Both the position numbers and the translations under genes were made by a program. The notes beneath the pieces were generated by a model. That model was not told where the DNA came from. It was given only the letters and a program-made list of their open reading frames with translations, and made no database searches. DNA of 43,681 nucleotides from an uncultured virus (IMG/VR IMGVR_UViG_3300050188_000002) (taxonomy: Duplodnaviria; Heunggongvirae; Uroviricota; Caudoviricetes), in the IMG/VR virus record IMGVR_UViG_3300050188_000002. One strand, given 5' to 3'. Positions 8,922-17,907 of the stretch are shown here, one piece after another; position 1 is the stretch's first letter; each line of letters begins with the position of its first letter.

Positions 8922-9133
8922 TAGACAACTTCAAGCCTCACTTTCCAGACGCGATTGAAATCGGGGTGGATTTGATTCGTCTCAAATACTCTCCGAAAAA
9001 CTTCCATCGAGCCTGTTATGTGGTCAAAGAGATCATTGGAATACCTCCGTTTAAGGATAGAGTTGACATCTGTGAGTGGGAAAAGGTGCTCGTTCATCAC
9101 CATGACGGAGTAGTGTGTATTCACTTCAAATAA
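8918..9133 (+). CDS. hypothetical protein
   Basis: GAGGAG RBS and ATGA overlap with nadV. Confidence 0.6.
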   Translation: MIDNFKPHFPDAIEIGVDLIRLKYSPKNFHRACYVVKEIIGIPPFKDRVDICEWEKVLVHHHDGVVCIHFK

Positions 9134-9138
9134 CTTTT

Positions 9139-9168
9139 GGGACACGCAGTTGAAAGATTGTGTGTTCT
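9139..9168 (+). terminator. GAAA-tetraloop hairpin, possible terminator
   Basis: GGGACACGCAGTT-GAAA-GATTGTGTGTTCT, many G-U pairs and a weak U tail. Confidence 0.4.
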
Positions 9169-9183
9169 ATTCTAGGAGATTAT

Positions 9184-9570
9184 ATGAGTTCTATTCCATC
9201 AATTCTTCTATTGGAATCTCGGATACTTAGACGTAAAAATACGTTTACCATTTTTACACTGCGTCAATCTGACTTGGTATTTGAAAATATGAAGAACCCA
9301 GCAGAGTTGAACACACCTGACGGATTAAGTTGGACGCTTTATGTGAACAATAATTCTGAATTAGTATTTAAGACTGCCGGGTTGATAGCGAAAATCCACA
9401 TAGGAGCCCCTGCTAGTTCCTATCAATTGATAGGAAATGATCTGACGGCAGACTACCAGATGGTAAAACAAAATTTTATAACAGTTCTTTCAATGTTCTT
9501 GAATAATAATTGCATGAAAGGGTTTGTAAAAGTATCCAATAAATCGATACAGTTACATCGATATCTTTAA
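9184..9570 (+). CDS. divergent family B paralog
   Basis: AGGAG RBS; LLLESRI..FTLRQ..PAEL...VSNKSIQL. Confidence 0.65.
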   Translation: MSSIPSILLLESRILRRKNTFTIFTLRQSDLVFENMKNPAELNTPDGLSWTLYVNNNSELVFKTAGLIAKIHIGAPASSYQLIGNDLTADYQMVKQNFITVLSMFLNNNCMKGFVKVSNKSIQLHRYL

Positions 9571-9580
9571 AGGAGATGCC

Positions 9581-9967
9581 ATGAAGCTTCTGTTTGAAAT
9601 TGTTATGCGTGTTAAGAGACATGGGGGCCAAAATGATAAAACATTTAACTTCATGCGATTGTTTTATAGTACGAAGGCCTTCTATAGAATAGTAGAATGT
9701 AATACCGATAAAGTTTATTGGTGGGCTGACAGAGATACCATACGCTACACACATGATGGAATTACACTTAATTTTCAGACTGTTTTAGAACCACTTAATT
9801 CAAATGGGTACGAGTTTGCCATTAGAGAAGATTGTATTCAACAAGATGTAAATGACACAATGAAAAGCATCAAAGGTGCATTGATTGAATTTTGCCGAGC
9901 AAACGGAATCCCAAATTTGCTTGTAAAAGATAACAATTACTCTTTCAGAATTTATACCAATGATTAA
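9581..9967 (+). CDS. divergent family B paralog
   Basis: AAGGAG RBS; MKLLFEIVMR...KDNNYSFRIY. Confidence 0.65.
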   Translation: MKLLFEIVMRVKRHGGQNDKTFNFMRLFYSTKAFYRIVECNTDKVYWWADRDTIRYTHDGITLNFQTVLEPLNSNGYEFAIREDCIQQDVNDTMKSIKGALIEFCRANGIPNLLVKDNNYSFRIYTND

Positions 9968-10391
9968 GACAACTTTGATTAGGTTTGTGTTAAAAAGTAA
10001 TGTTAAGAAATTTGACCGATTATATGTGATGTTTAATGTAGAGTTTCAGGACGAATGCTTAACCAAAAGTCGTGGAGGTGAATTTAAGGAATTCTTGCCT
10101 TCAACCGGCGTTAACGTATGTTCTAGCAGTGTTGTTGAACTGAGAGCTTGGATTGTTAACCCACCTTATAGAATTGCCAAGGATTGTCAAGTGTTCTTGA
10201 AAGGAGATTGTAGCGGTGATATAGCGTATACTGATCATGAATTCATAATGCATCCTAGTATTGGGTTCAAAAGCATTTCTGTTTACAGAACAATCGTCAT
10301 AGAGAGTATCAGACAATATGCTGAACACTTTTCACGCAAACCTTGTAAGGTTAGATACACAAACGCTTTCATAGAGATTTACCATGATTAG
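9960..10391 (+). CDS. divergent family B paralog
   Basis: LIRFVL..VEFQ..SSVVEL..QVFLKGD...YTNAFIEIY. Confidence 0.65.
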   Translation: MIKTTLIRFVLKSNVKKFDRLYVMFNVEFQDECLTKSRGGEFKEFLPSTGVNVCSSSVVELRAWIVNPPYRIAKDCQVFLKGDCSGDIAYTDHEFIMHPSIGFKSISVYRTIVIESIRQYAEHFSRKPCKVRYTNAFIEIYHD

Positions 10392-11288
10392 ATCAAAGAA
10401 CATCCTACTCGGCTCAGGTGCAGCGTTCATCCACGCTGAAAGAGAGTTTCCTAGATTACCGAAAGATAGAGATGCAATCTATCATAAGGACGCCATTCCA
10501 CTTTTTATGGAAAGCCCTGTCGTCAAAACTTTCATAATGACCAGGCCTTCTAAATACAAAGCTAAGAGCAACTTTGGAATGTTCTGGGAAGTAGAACTTG
10601 CCGAAGTCGAAGACAACTCTTCCACTGAGTTGTGGAAGTTGTATGACACTTTGCGAGTAGTGGATGAGTACTGTAGAATCCCCTGTCTTGATCTCCTTCG
10701 TGAAATCAAGATGTGTCATAGATTCAAGTACTCTCCTCACTTTGAAAAGACAAGAGGTGACATCCTTTGGTTCAGACAACATACCAAAGGCATCGTCAAA
10801 GATGAGTGGAAACCGTTCCTTGCAAAACGGCTTGCAGAATCAAATCGTAAGACTCCCAGATTGAAAGGGCATCTAAGGAGGAATTCTTCAAGGACACGTA
10901 TGGAGATGTTCCTCAATTGGTTCATGATACCATCCACGAGGCTATGGCATTCGATGACAAACCTGCATATTCGCACTTCTCTAATGGGCCGGTTGAATGT
11001 TGTATGAAGACGTTCTTCGCCTGCGATGAGAGAATCAAGTTGAATAGTGTGTTTGAAGAGGCTGCGGTGTTGGCCTGTGAGCGTGTCATATGGCCGACTC
11101 AATTCAAGTGCGATGAATTGGCTGCTTTCAAGAGTAGCCTTCAACGCATGTGTTGTCATATTACCAGTGGTAAGTACAGAGAATACTGCTGGGAGAATTA
11201 TGATAATGTTCTCAAAATGTTTGTACCGGGATTAATCACTACCAAGTTCAAGAAAGGACTAGACAATGGCAAGATCAGGCGCTCCTAA
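10384..11288 (+). pseudogene. nucleotidyltransferase-like phage protein split by a -1 frameshift
   Basis: N-terminal GS..PKDRD (GS/DxD-like); at 10861-10871 TTG AAA GGG CA continues in the -1 frame as ASKEEFF..HDTIHEAMA..EEAAVLACER. Confidence 0.6.
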
Positions 11289-11559
11289 GAAACCAATGAC
11301 CAAAGATGTATTCAAGAAGACCGAATGGGTCGGTCAGATGTATGATTGGATCAATGCAAATCTTTCCGGCATGGAACGCCGTGGAGAATTGCTTGAACTG
11401 GCATCTTACGTCACCCGTTATAACTTGACCGTAAAGATTGACGTGCCTACTGAAGAACAGGCATCTCAGGAAGACGGTACGCAGGAAGAATGGGATGCAT
11501 CATCGTCCTCGGAAGAGTATTACGAGTCTTCCGAAGAATTCATTGACTCCGAAGAATAA
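11266..11559 (+). CDS. hypothetical protein with an acidic, Ser-rich tail
   Basis: AAAGGA RBS; ends EEWDASSSSEEYYESSEEFIDSEE. Confidence 0.75.
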   Translation: MARSGAPKKPMTKDVFKKTEWVGQMYDWINANLSGMERRGELLELASYVTRYNLTVKIDVPTEEQASQEDGTQEEWDASSSSEEYYESSEEFIDSEE

Positions 11560-11570
11560 GGAATACAACC

Positions 11571-11744
11571 GTGGGTAAAACTTTCCGCAAAGACGACTTC
11601 CGTAGTTACGACATGGCAAAACGTATATTGGACCGCAATAAGAAGGGTAAAACCATCGAAGAAGGTCCGGATAGACGCAGTATGAAACTGAACAAGAAGT
11701 TTAGACAGAGGTTTGGTTTCACAGAAAAAAGTTTCGATCAGTAA
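11571..11744 (+). CDS. small basic protein (57 aa, not in the ORF track)
   Basis: AAGGA RBS, GTG start, MGKTFRKDDFRSYDMAKRIL...KSFDQ. Confidence 0.65.
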   Translation: MGKTFRKDDFRSYDMAKRILDRNKKGKTIEEGPDRRSMKLNKKFRQRFGFTEKSFDQ

Positions 11745-11782
11745 GATTCATTTATCATCCTCCCTTTTGAAAGGTCTCCCAA

Positions 11783-12160
11783 ATGAAGAAGTTTTCCACT
11801 CCTATCGATCGCAACACCCTTGTACATGTCGTGCGTGATACCAAGGGTCACAAGATCGGTCTGTTCGTTGCCGAACGCGAACATTCTAAGTCTCCTGCGT
11901 TCAAGGTCGGTTTCTCGAAGGTCAACCGCAGTCTGGTGGTAGTTGACAAGATTATTATCCCAAAGACAGGAAAGACTGTTGAAAAGGTTCAACCTATCGA
12001 TTCGTACGATTTCGAAGCCGGGCTTGATGTTGCTCGCGCTCGTATGAAGGAAGATTACTTCGCCACTGGTGTTGAAGTTCGGAAGTTGTTCAATGCTGAT
12101 TGTAAGAAACAGTTTGACAGTTTCTTGTGTCGCGTGATCAGTTACTTCAACGAACGTTGA
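11783..12160 (+). CDS. hypothetical phage protein
   Basis: GAAAGG RBS; VGFSK..D.YDFEAGLDVARAR motif; strong codon bias. Confidence 0.75.
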   Translation: MKKFSTPIDRNTLVHVVRDTKGHKIGLFVAEREHSKSPAFKVGFSKVNRSLVVVDKIIIPKTGKTVEKVQPIDSYDFEAGLDVARARMKEDYFATGVEVRKLFNADCKKQFDSFLCRVISYFNER

Positions 12161-12162
12161 TT

Positions 12163-12438
12163 ATGAAAACGTTTCACTCATCCAATACTACAAACAATAG
12201 ACCGTTTGACATGAGTACGATTCCTCTGGGTTGGAAGTTGAAAGAGCCATATCCAAGGCGTCCCAAAGTTGGCGATTATTTCCTTGAATATTCTGGACAT
12301 GATTTACAAGGTCAGGTTCCTAGTACATTTCGTTATCACTACTCGCCAACGCTGTGTGATAAGAGAACCGAAATGATGCTCAGTGGACGTAAAGATATAT
12401 TCAATAGCAATCGTAGGTTCATAGTCGAACGCGAATAA
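12163..12438 (+). CDS. family A paralog
   Basis: SNTTNNRP..IPLGWKL..PRRPKVGDYFL...NRRFIV. Confidence 0.75.
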   Translation: MKTFHSSNTTNNRPFDMSTIPLGWKLKEPYPRRPKVGDYFLEYSGHDLQGQVPSTFRYHYSPTLCDKRTEMMLSGRKDIFNSNRRFIVERE

Positions 12439-12443
12439 TACAC

Positions 12444-12476
12444 AGAAAGTGTTACTTAGCGGTGACACTTTCTTTT
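12444..12476 (+). terminator. 12-bp hairpin with a UUAGCG loop
   Basis: AGAAAGTGTTAC-TTAGCG-GTGACACTTTCT followed by TTT. Confidence 0.6.
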
Positions 12477-12490
12477 AGAAAGGATTTAAC

Positions 12491-12952
12491 ATGTTTATGA
12501 CTTTAGCCGAAGTAGCAAAAAGCAATTCAGAAATAAGCCAAGCTTTCTATTGGTATGTGCCGTTTGCGCTTGTTGTTGGTTTTGCTATTGGATTATTCTT
12601 TACCTTTGTTGTTGTATCTCACACTAACAACAAAAAAATATTCTTAGGAATCTCTAGAAGAATTGCCTGTATGTTTGGTATTGTTAAAGTGTTTCCCTAC
12701 GGCTTTGTGATGTATTGTGATAATACAACTAATAATAAACCAATCATAGTCATCATCCCTAATGGGTATTAATTGGCTTGTAAGAAGCCGAAACGTCCAA
12801 AAGAAGGTGACACGTTTATTGTTTATAGTGAACGAGAGTATGTTTATTTGCGCGGTTCTAGCCATACAGTTTTAACCGGTGAAATATCATCTAAATGGAA
12901 TGAAGTAGGAGATAAAATGGGTGGAAGGCGCTTCATCATCAGAAAGGTTTGA
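12491..12952 (+). pseudogene. membrane-anchored family A paralog with an in-frame TAA
   Basis: Hydrophobic segment, then DNTTNNKP..IPNGY*LACKKPKRPKEGD...GGRRFIIRKV in one frame; TAA at 12770-12772. Confidence 0.65.
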
Positions 12953-12953
12953 T

Positions 12954-13253
12954 ATGATCATATGTAACAATTCGACGTGTAACATACCAGTATTCATTAA
13001 TGAAATACCAAAAGGATTCAACCTAAAATCAAATAACTTTTCTATCCCTAAAGAAGGAGATTATGAATTGTTGCTATGGTTTCAACCGACCCCTAACATT
13101 CCTGTATATACAGGAATAAAGAAGTATACCAAAGGCACTGTTATACAGTATTATACCAGAGGTAATGGAACCACCGCCCACTATCATAGTATTGTTCCTC
13201 AAATAGTAAAGGAACACTTCTTTGGTAGACGCCCAATCTTAGAAAAGATTTAA
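12954..13253 (+). CDS. family A paralog
   Basis: MIICNNSTCN..IPKGFNL..IPKEGD...GRRPIL; GAAAGG RBS. Confidence 0.75.
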   Translation: MIICNNSTCNIPVFINEIPKGFNLKSNNFSIPKEGDYELLLWFQPTPNIPVYTGIKKYTKGTVIQYYTRGNGTTAHYHSIVPQIVKEHFFGRRPILEKI

Positions 13254-13254
13254 C

Positions 13255-13518
13255 ATGATTGTAATATGTAACAACACAACGTGTAACAAAAGAATGGAAA
13301 TATATGAAAACCATATTCCAAAAGGTTATAAACTCGGATCCACAACTAGATTATGTATACCTAAAATAGACGAACATATGCTTGTTATTATTGGGCCTCA
13401 CAAAGATCATAAAGGATTCACATCATGCGATAGTTGTAAGTTTACTAGAACCTCTCATGAATGGGGACGTAAAAATACTGCAATGCGTGGGTATAGACCA
13501 ATCTTAGATCCTCTTTAA
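13255..13518 (+). CDS. family A paralog
   Basis: MIVICNNTTCN..IPKGYKL..IPKIDE...GYRPIL. Confidence 0.75.
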   Translation: MIVICNNTTCNKRMEIYENHIPKGYKLGSTTRLCIPKIDEHMLVIIGPHKDHKGFTSCDSCKFTRTSHEWGRKNTAMRGYRPILDPL

Positions 13519-13606
13519 CTAACACTTGTCTAACGATGTGTGTTAGTCTTATGTCTGGTATGTTGCCAGACATTTACCCTCTCAGTTCTTTTGAAAGGAA
13601 CTACGT

Positions 13607-13918
13607 ATGTCTCAGAATATCCGCCTCAACATCTCTGGTACCACCCCCATCCCCGTGCCCGCTGGCTACCGCGCTGTTCGCTTCGGAGAACCCGCAGTCA
13701 ATCGCTATTCCGGCGCTCGTGATGTGTACGTTGGTTGGTCCGACCGATTCCGCAAGTGGAAGGCCGAACCGGTGACCCACCAGATCACCGACACCATGAC
13801 CGTCCTGCCGGTCATTGGAAAGAGCCGCCTGATCATCGAGCGCATTCCCGTGGCTCCTCCTGCGCCCCCCTCTTGTGGTGGTCGTACGGACATCCGAGTT
13901 GATGTCCGTGTTGGCTGA
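13607..13918 (+). CDS. family A paralog, GC-rich subtype
   Basis: GAAAGGA RBS; SGT..VPAGYRAVRFGEP..YVGW..LPVIGKSRLII; close to 13985-14299. Confidence 0.75.
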   Translation: MSQNIRLNISGTTPIPVPAGYRAVRFGEPAVNRYSGARDVYVGWSDRFRKWKAEPVTHQITDTMTVLPVIGKSRLIIERIPVAPPAPPSCGGRTDIRVDVRVG

Positions 13919-13984
13919 GTCAACGGTGTCATGAATCAAGTATCAAATTCTTCTTCTTTTTCTTTTTCAGAAAGGTTTCGTTTT

Positions 13985-14299
13985 ATGTCTACCTACAATG
14001 CTTCTGTTTCCGGTACCGTCGAACTCGTCATCCCCAACGGCTTCGAGTTCGTAGCCTTCCGCAAGCCCACCCGTGGTGAATTCTATATCGGCTGGAACGC
14101 CACCGCGCATCGCTGGTGCCGACAGGTGGTCGCCCTCGGCTACGGTGACAAGATCACGCGCCTTCCGGTGGTTGACACCAAGCGCGTGGTTGTTCGCCGC
14201 CCCGTGGCTACCGCTTGGGCGTCTCCGACCCCCGCTGCTCAGGCCCGCCGGGTTGATGTGAATGTCGGTGTGTTCGTTAACGGCTGTCGCGTGAGCTAA
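13985..14299 (+). CDS. family A paralog, GC-rich subtype
   Basis: SGT..IPNGFEFVAFRKPTRGEFYIGW..LPVVDTKRVVV; start at the ATG after GAAAGG. Confidence 0.75.
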   Translation: MSTYNASVSGTVELVIPNGFEFVAFRKPTRGEFYIGWNATAHRWCRQVVALGYGDKITRLPVVDTKRVVVRRPVATAWASPTPAAQARRVDVNVGVFVNGCRVS

Positions 14300-14307
14300 G
14301 CCACATC

Positions 14308-14340
14308 GCAACACCTTGGAGAAATCCGAGGTGTTGTTTT
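14308..14340 (+). terminator. intrinsic terminator
   Basis: GCAACACCTTGGA-GAAA-TCCGAGGTGTTG followed by TTTT; close copy at 18972. Confidence 0.8.
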
Positions 14341-14374
14341 AATACTATTAGTTGTACTAACAATAATAAACAAC

Positions 14375-15234
14375 ATGTCTATAAAATCCATAATAACACA
14401 CGGCCCAGGAGGAACTCGTGCACATTTTGATGACTTCGTTTCATCCTGTATCGCTCTTTATCTCCACCCACTGGCAACCGTCTTTAGAGTTGATTCAGTT
14501 AGTGACGCCTGTCTAAACAATCCAAATGTAATTTCAGATATGAGCCTGAAAAGAACAACTTTGACCATCATCAAGATGGCGAATTAAGATCATCTTTGAT
14601 ACTGTATCTAAACCATCTCGGAATCCAAAAAGATGCACACAACGCATTTCCCTCGCTCGCAGTGTTAGACGCGAGTGATGTTGGTGGGAGATCAGCGGTT
14701 GTCAAGACCTTAGGCCTCAAGGATAACAGCGAGAATAGACAGTGTGCCGGTATCCTAATGAACAACCCAATCGCTACCTATGTGTTAAATGATTTTGGTA
14801 AATGTGATATGGTAACTCCCAATGATAGACTTCATACAATGATGGTCGGTATTGGAGACTTCTTCATGTCATCCATAAAAGAACTCAAAGAACGCAGAGG
14901 TATACTACGTAAGTATGTTGAGATTAAATCCTTCAACTCATCTAGTATATATGTAGATCTCACTAAATTACCACATGATATAGGTAATCCTGAACTTGGG
15001 GTGAAAGAGTTTCTCAATGAGAAACGCGTATCAGTCGACTTCTATGTCGTCAGAGATCCTAGATCAACAGGAACAAGAATCGTGCGCGGTAGTGGGTATT
15101 GCAACTTCTTGAAATATATAGAGTTGTATCCGGATGAAATAGAGTTTGGACACAAGTCTGGATTCTTGATGGTGTTGAAGAAAGACGTCAAAGTTGACAT
15201 ATCAAAGATCTACTCCTCTTTTATAAAGGAATAA
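14375..15234 (+). pseudogene. MYG1-like (DHH-type) nuclease, frameshifted
   Basis: ITH..AHFDD in one frame; YEPEKNNFDHHQ and FGHKSGF in the -1 frame after about 14533; the usual D(V/I)G segment is absent at the junction. Confidence 0.7.
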
Positions 15235-15235
15235 C

Positions 15236-15700
15236 ATGTCAGAAGAAGAAGCAGCAGCAGCACCAGAGTTCTCCCTACCAATGATGGAGACTAAGATAAG
15301 GAATGATGAAAAACTGACATTGTTTGAAGCAGTCGAGCTGTTCAAACGGATGTATCCGGTTGGTCAAGAGAGTGTTGAACTCTTCATCAAAGAAGTGGTT
15401 AACATGCAGGAAGATCATCCCCATCTATTTCCTGTGTGGAAGGGATTATTCATATCCTTCGTTAACCCGATATTCTCTAAGGATTATGTTTTCAGAGGAT
15501 CTTATCAGGATGTAAAAGTTCTGACCATGAAGACAGGGTTGGAGAAGCCTGGGTATGGAGATCAGAAATACAGGGTTACATTCAACTCAATGGATAACTC
15601 CATTATCATCAGTAAGATAGAAGAAAAGCCTGTCGCAAACCAGACCTGTGTCGCGGGTCATGTTGGTAATGTTCGTCGCATCAGGCATTACGATTATTGA
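15236..15700 (+). CDS. hypothetical protein
   Basis: AAGGA RBS, 154 aa. Confidence 0.7.
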   Translation: MSEEEAAAAPEFSLPMMETKIRNDEKLTLFEAVELFKRMYPVGQESVELFIKEVVNMQEDHPHLFPVWKGLFISFVNPIFSKDYVFRGSYQDVKVLTMKTGLEKPGYGDQKYRVTFNSMDNSIIISKIEEKPVANQTCVAGHVGNVRRIRHYDY

Positions 15701-15746
15701 GACCCAATATCCCTCTCCTCTTTCCTCCTTTTAGAAAGGTTTTTGT

Positions 15747-16079
15747 ATGAGTGCTCATCACAAGTATCACGGCTGGTTTAGTGGCAAGAAGTCTGTTCCC
15801 ATCGTCAATGAAAAGAATCCAACTGAAATAGTGATCAGCATCAAAGCCGACGGTTCTCCTCCAGAGAAGTTGATGTACAAGTTGATGTCCGGCAACTATA
15901 AGAGCTGGGCCAATCCAGAGACCGGTTGGGCGGTCACAACTGACCCGAAGTATTGGAGATATGACGATGGTAAGGAGATTGCTCCTCCTCCGCCAGATCC
16001 AGTTTACACACGTGAACAGGCCATAAGTCTTAAGAAGCCTGCCTTTTGGGTAAACGGCGCCCCTATTGCTAAGATGTAA
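15747..16079 (+). CDS. hypothetical protein
   Basis: GAAAGG RBS, 110 aa, Trp/Pro rich. Confidence 0.7.
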   Translation: MSAHHKYHGWFSGKKSVPIVNEKNPTEIVISIKADGSPPEKLMYKLMSGNYKSWANPETGWAVTTDPKYWRYDDGKEIAPPPPDPVYTREQAISLKKPAFWVNGAPIAKM

Positions 16080-16088
16080 TACAACTTA

Positions 16089-16118
16089 ACCAATGTCATC
16101 TTAGCGGGTGACATTGGT
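16089..16118 (+). terminator. 12-bp hairpin with a UUAGCG loop
   Basis: ACCAATGTCATC-TTAGCG-GGTGACATTGGT; same loop as the hairpin at 12444. Confidence 0.55.
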
Positions 16119-16145
16119 CTTCCCTCTTTCAAAAGGAATAACACA

Positions 16146-16442
16146 ATGGGTATATATAGGTTAGATATTAGTGTAGACTCTGGTTCTGGTAGAACAAAGG
16201 CATTGGAAATGATTCAAGATTTCCAATCCGAAGATGAGGTAAAAGAGTTTGTAGAACTGATTACTACCAACTTCTCCAAAAACAATAAAGTATCAGTTGC
16301 ATTCGACATACAATTTGTGTCAAATATATGGACCGGTCCATTGGATTTTGAAAGTTTCAATCTCGGTATCAAGTATTCGAAAGCCACCGGCACAGTTATA
16401 AACTCCCTCTATGCCTTCCGCAAAAGGAATCCTAAAAAATGA
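16146..16442 (+). CDS. family C small protein
   Basis: AAAGGA RBS; N-terminal IYRLDI strand shared with its neighbours. Confidence 0.65.
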   Translation: MGIYRLDISVDSGSGRTKALEMIQDFQSEDEVKEFVELITTNFSKNNKVSVAFDIQFVSNIWTGPLDFESFNLGIKYSKATGTVINSLYAFRKRNPKK

Positions 16443-16696
16443 TATTCGCATTAATCATTAAAGACGAAGAATCTGCTGTTGTTTTCAAGGCCATGTTTGA
16501 TTCCAAGACCGAAAAGAAGGCTAAGAAGCGCGTATTGCAGTTTAGCAAAGCCTTGTCCGCCAAGTACAAAACCGTGTTTGATATCGACATATACAAAGCC
16601 GGGGCATTTTTGAACCAGCCTTTGTTTGAACAGCAGAATGCTTGGAAGTCACAGTATCCACATCTATCTGGGTGTTTCATAAAGCAAAAGGTCTAA
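16439..16696 (+). CDS. family C small protein, basic
   Basis: IFALIIKD..VVF..F...P...YPHL. Confidence 0.65.
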   Translation: MIFALIIKDEESAVVFKAMFDSKTEKKAKKRVLQFSKALSAKYKTVFDIDIYKAGAFLNQPLFEQQNAWKSQYPHLSGCFIKQKV

Positions 16697-16700
16697 CATC

Positions 16701-17012
16701 ATGTCAAGTATCATCACCCAAATAGACCCACAACGCATATACAGCATTAAGATTCATGATGTGGAAGGATCTCTTCTGTTCAACAACTTATTTTATGCTG
16801 ATGATGATGTTGATGCTGCCATGGCTGGTGACATATTCGCCGCTTGGTATGCATCTGAAGAAGGCTACTCTGTTAGTGTCAAGATATGTCTCGAAGGGGT
16901 ATATGAAAGTTATCTTAAGATACCTGCGCATGTCAATGATGAGTATGCTAGTTTGTACGACTGGTACGTCGATCTCTCTGTCGAATTCACTCGGATATGG
17001 ACCATGCTATGA
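16701..17012 (+). CDS. family C small protein, acidic
   Basis: IYSIKIHD..LLF..F...P...YASL. Confidence 0.65.
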   Translation: MSSIITQIDPQRIYSIKIHDVEGSLLFNNLFYADDDVDAAMAGDIFAAWYASEEGYSVSVKICLEGVYESYLKIPAHVNDEYASLYDWYVDLSVEFTRIWTML

Positions 17013-17302
17013 TAATATACAGAATTACTGTTAAGAAGAAAGATGCCAAGATCTTTGAATGGCTTTTCATGCACGTTTGCCCTAATCGTGTCAAGATCAT
17101 GGTTGAGACTCTGATCAAGGATTGGGCTCTGGTTCATTGTTCTCCTTTAACGTTCACTCTTGAGGCCGAAGTAAATTCTGATTCTGCCTATGTGTTTCCA
17201 ATCCGTTATCGGATCGAGAGAGATATTTTGAAGGATCGATATCCCACTCTACAAAAACTTTTCGTTGGGCATCAACTGGATTGTTTAGAAAGGTTAAAAT
17301 AA
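17009..17302 (+). CDS. family C small protein
   Basis: ATGA overlap; IYRITV..IF..F...P...YPTL. Confidence 0.65.
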   Translation: MIIYRITVKKKDAKIFEWLFMHVCPNRVKIMVETLIKDWALVHCSPLTFTLEAEVNSDSAYVFPIRYRIERDILKDRYPTLQKLFVGHQLDCLERLK

Positions 17303-17836
17303 ATGGTAGACTATTTCTATAAATCAAACCTCACAGCAAATAGGCAATTCAGAGTTCGTATCGAAGATGAATCTTTTGAACTGGCAGAGCGTCATCCAAG
17401 GCGACCTGTTAAAGGCGATATGTTCTTAGGTTGGAGTAAGGATGGTAATTGCTTCCGTAGGATTGCTTTTGAGGCTGGTTCCGTAGTGAGAATGGACTTC
17501 ATAGGTCGTCGTAGATTTATTATCAACCGCAAGGATAACTCTAAAGTTTCTCTCCAGAAGAAGGAGTCTAAACCTACTTCTACTCGCGGTATAGATATGC
17601 CGTATGACCCGAACGACCTGCATGAGTATTACACTCCAACTTCTACGAGGAATGCATATGCCGTGGATCTCTCTAGAGAATTCGAACGATCGACTTTAGA
17701 AAGACGCCGCAGAGAGGAGCATCATAGGCTGGAATTTATAGCCATGCAAACACGGATGGAAAGAGAACGCCTTGCGATCACACGCGCAAACAGTGATCGT
17801 TTCTTCCTTGGTGAAGATAGAGTAAGCAATCAATAA
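17303..17836 (+). CDS. family A paralog with a charged C-terminal extension
   Basis: SNLTANRQF..HPRRPVKGDMFLGW..FIGRRRFII. Confidence 0.75.
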   Translation: MVDYFYKSNLTANRQFRVRIEDESFELAERHPRRPVKGDMFLGWSKDGNCFRRIAFEAGSVVRMDFIGRRRFIINRKDNSKVSLQKKESKPTSTRGIDMPYDPNDLHEYYTPTSTRNAYAVDLSREFERSTLERRRREEHHRLEFIAMQTRMERERLAITRANSDRFFLGEDRVSNQ

Positions 17837-17907
17837 ACAATAAGATATCCCTACTATTCTGGTAGAATATCTAATCTAATTCAACCCTCCTTTTAATAAG
17901 GATTTAT

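Noticed and set aside
10861..10871. Programmed -1 frameshift at AAAGGGC
   Set aside because: The heptamer is not in X XXY YYZ phase with the upstream frame; a 1-nt deletion is the simpler explanation.
2168..12772. Stop-codon reassignment (alternative genetic code)
   Set aside because: The interruptions are one TGA and one TAA, both used as normal stops throughout. The TAG at 2168 is explained by a frameshift, and long genes contain no in-frame TAG.
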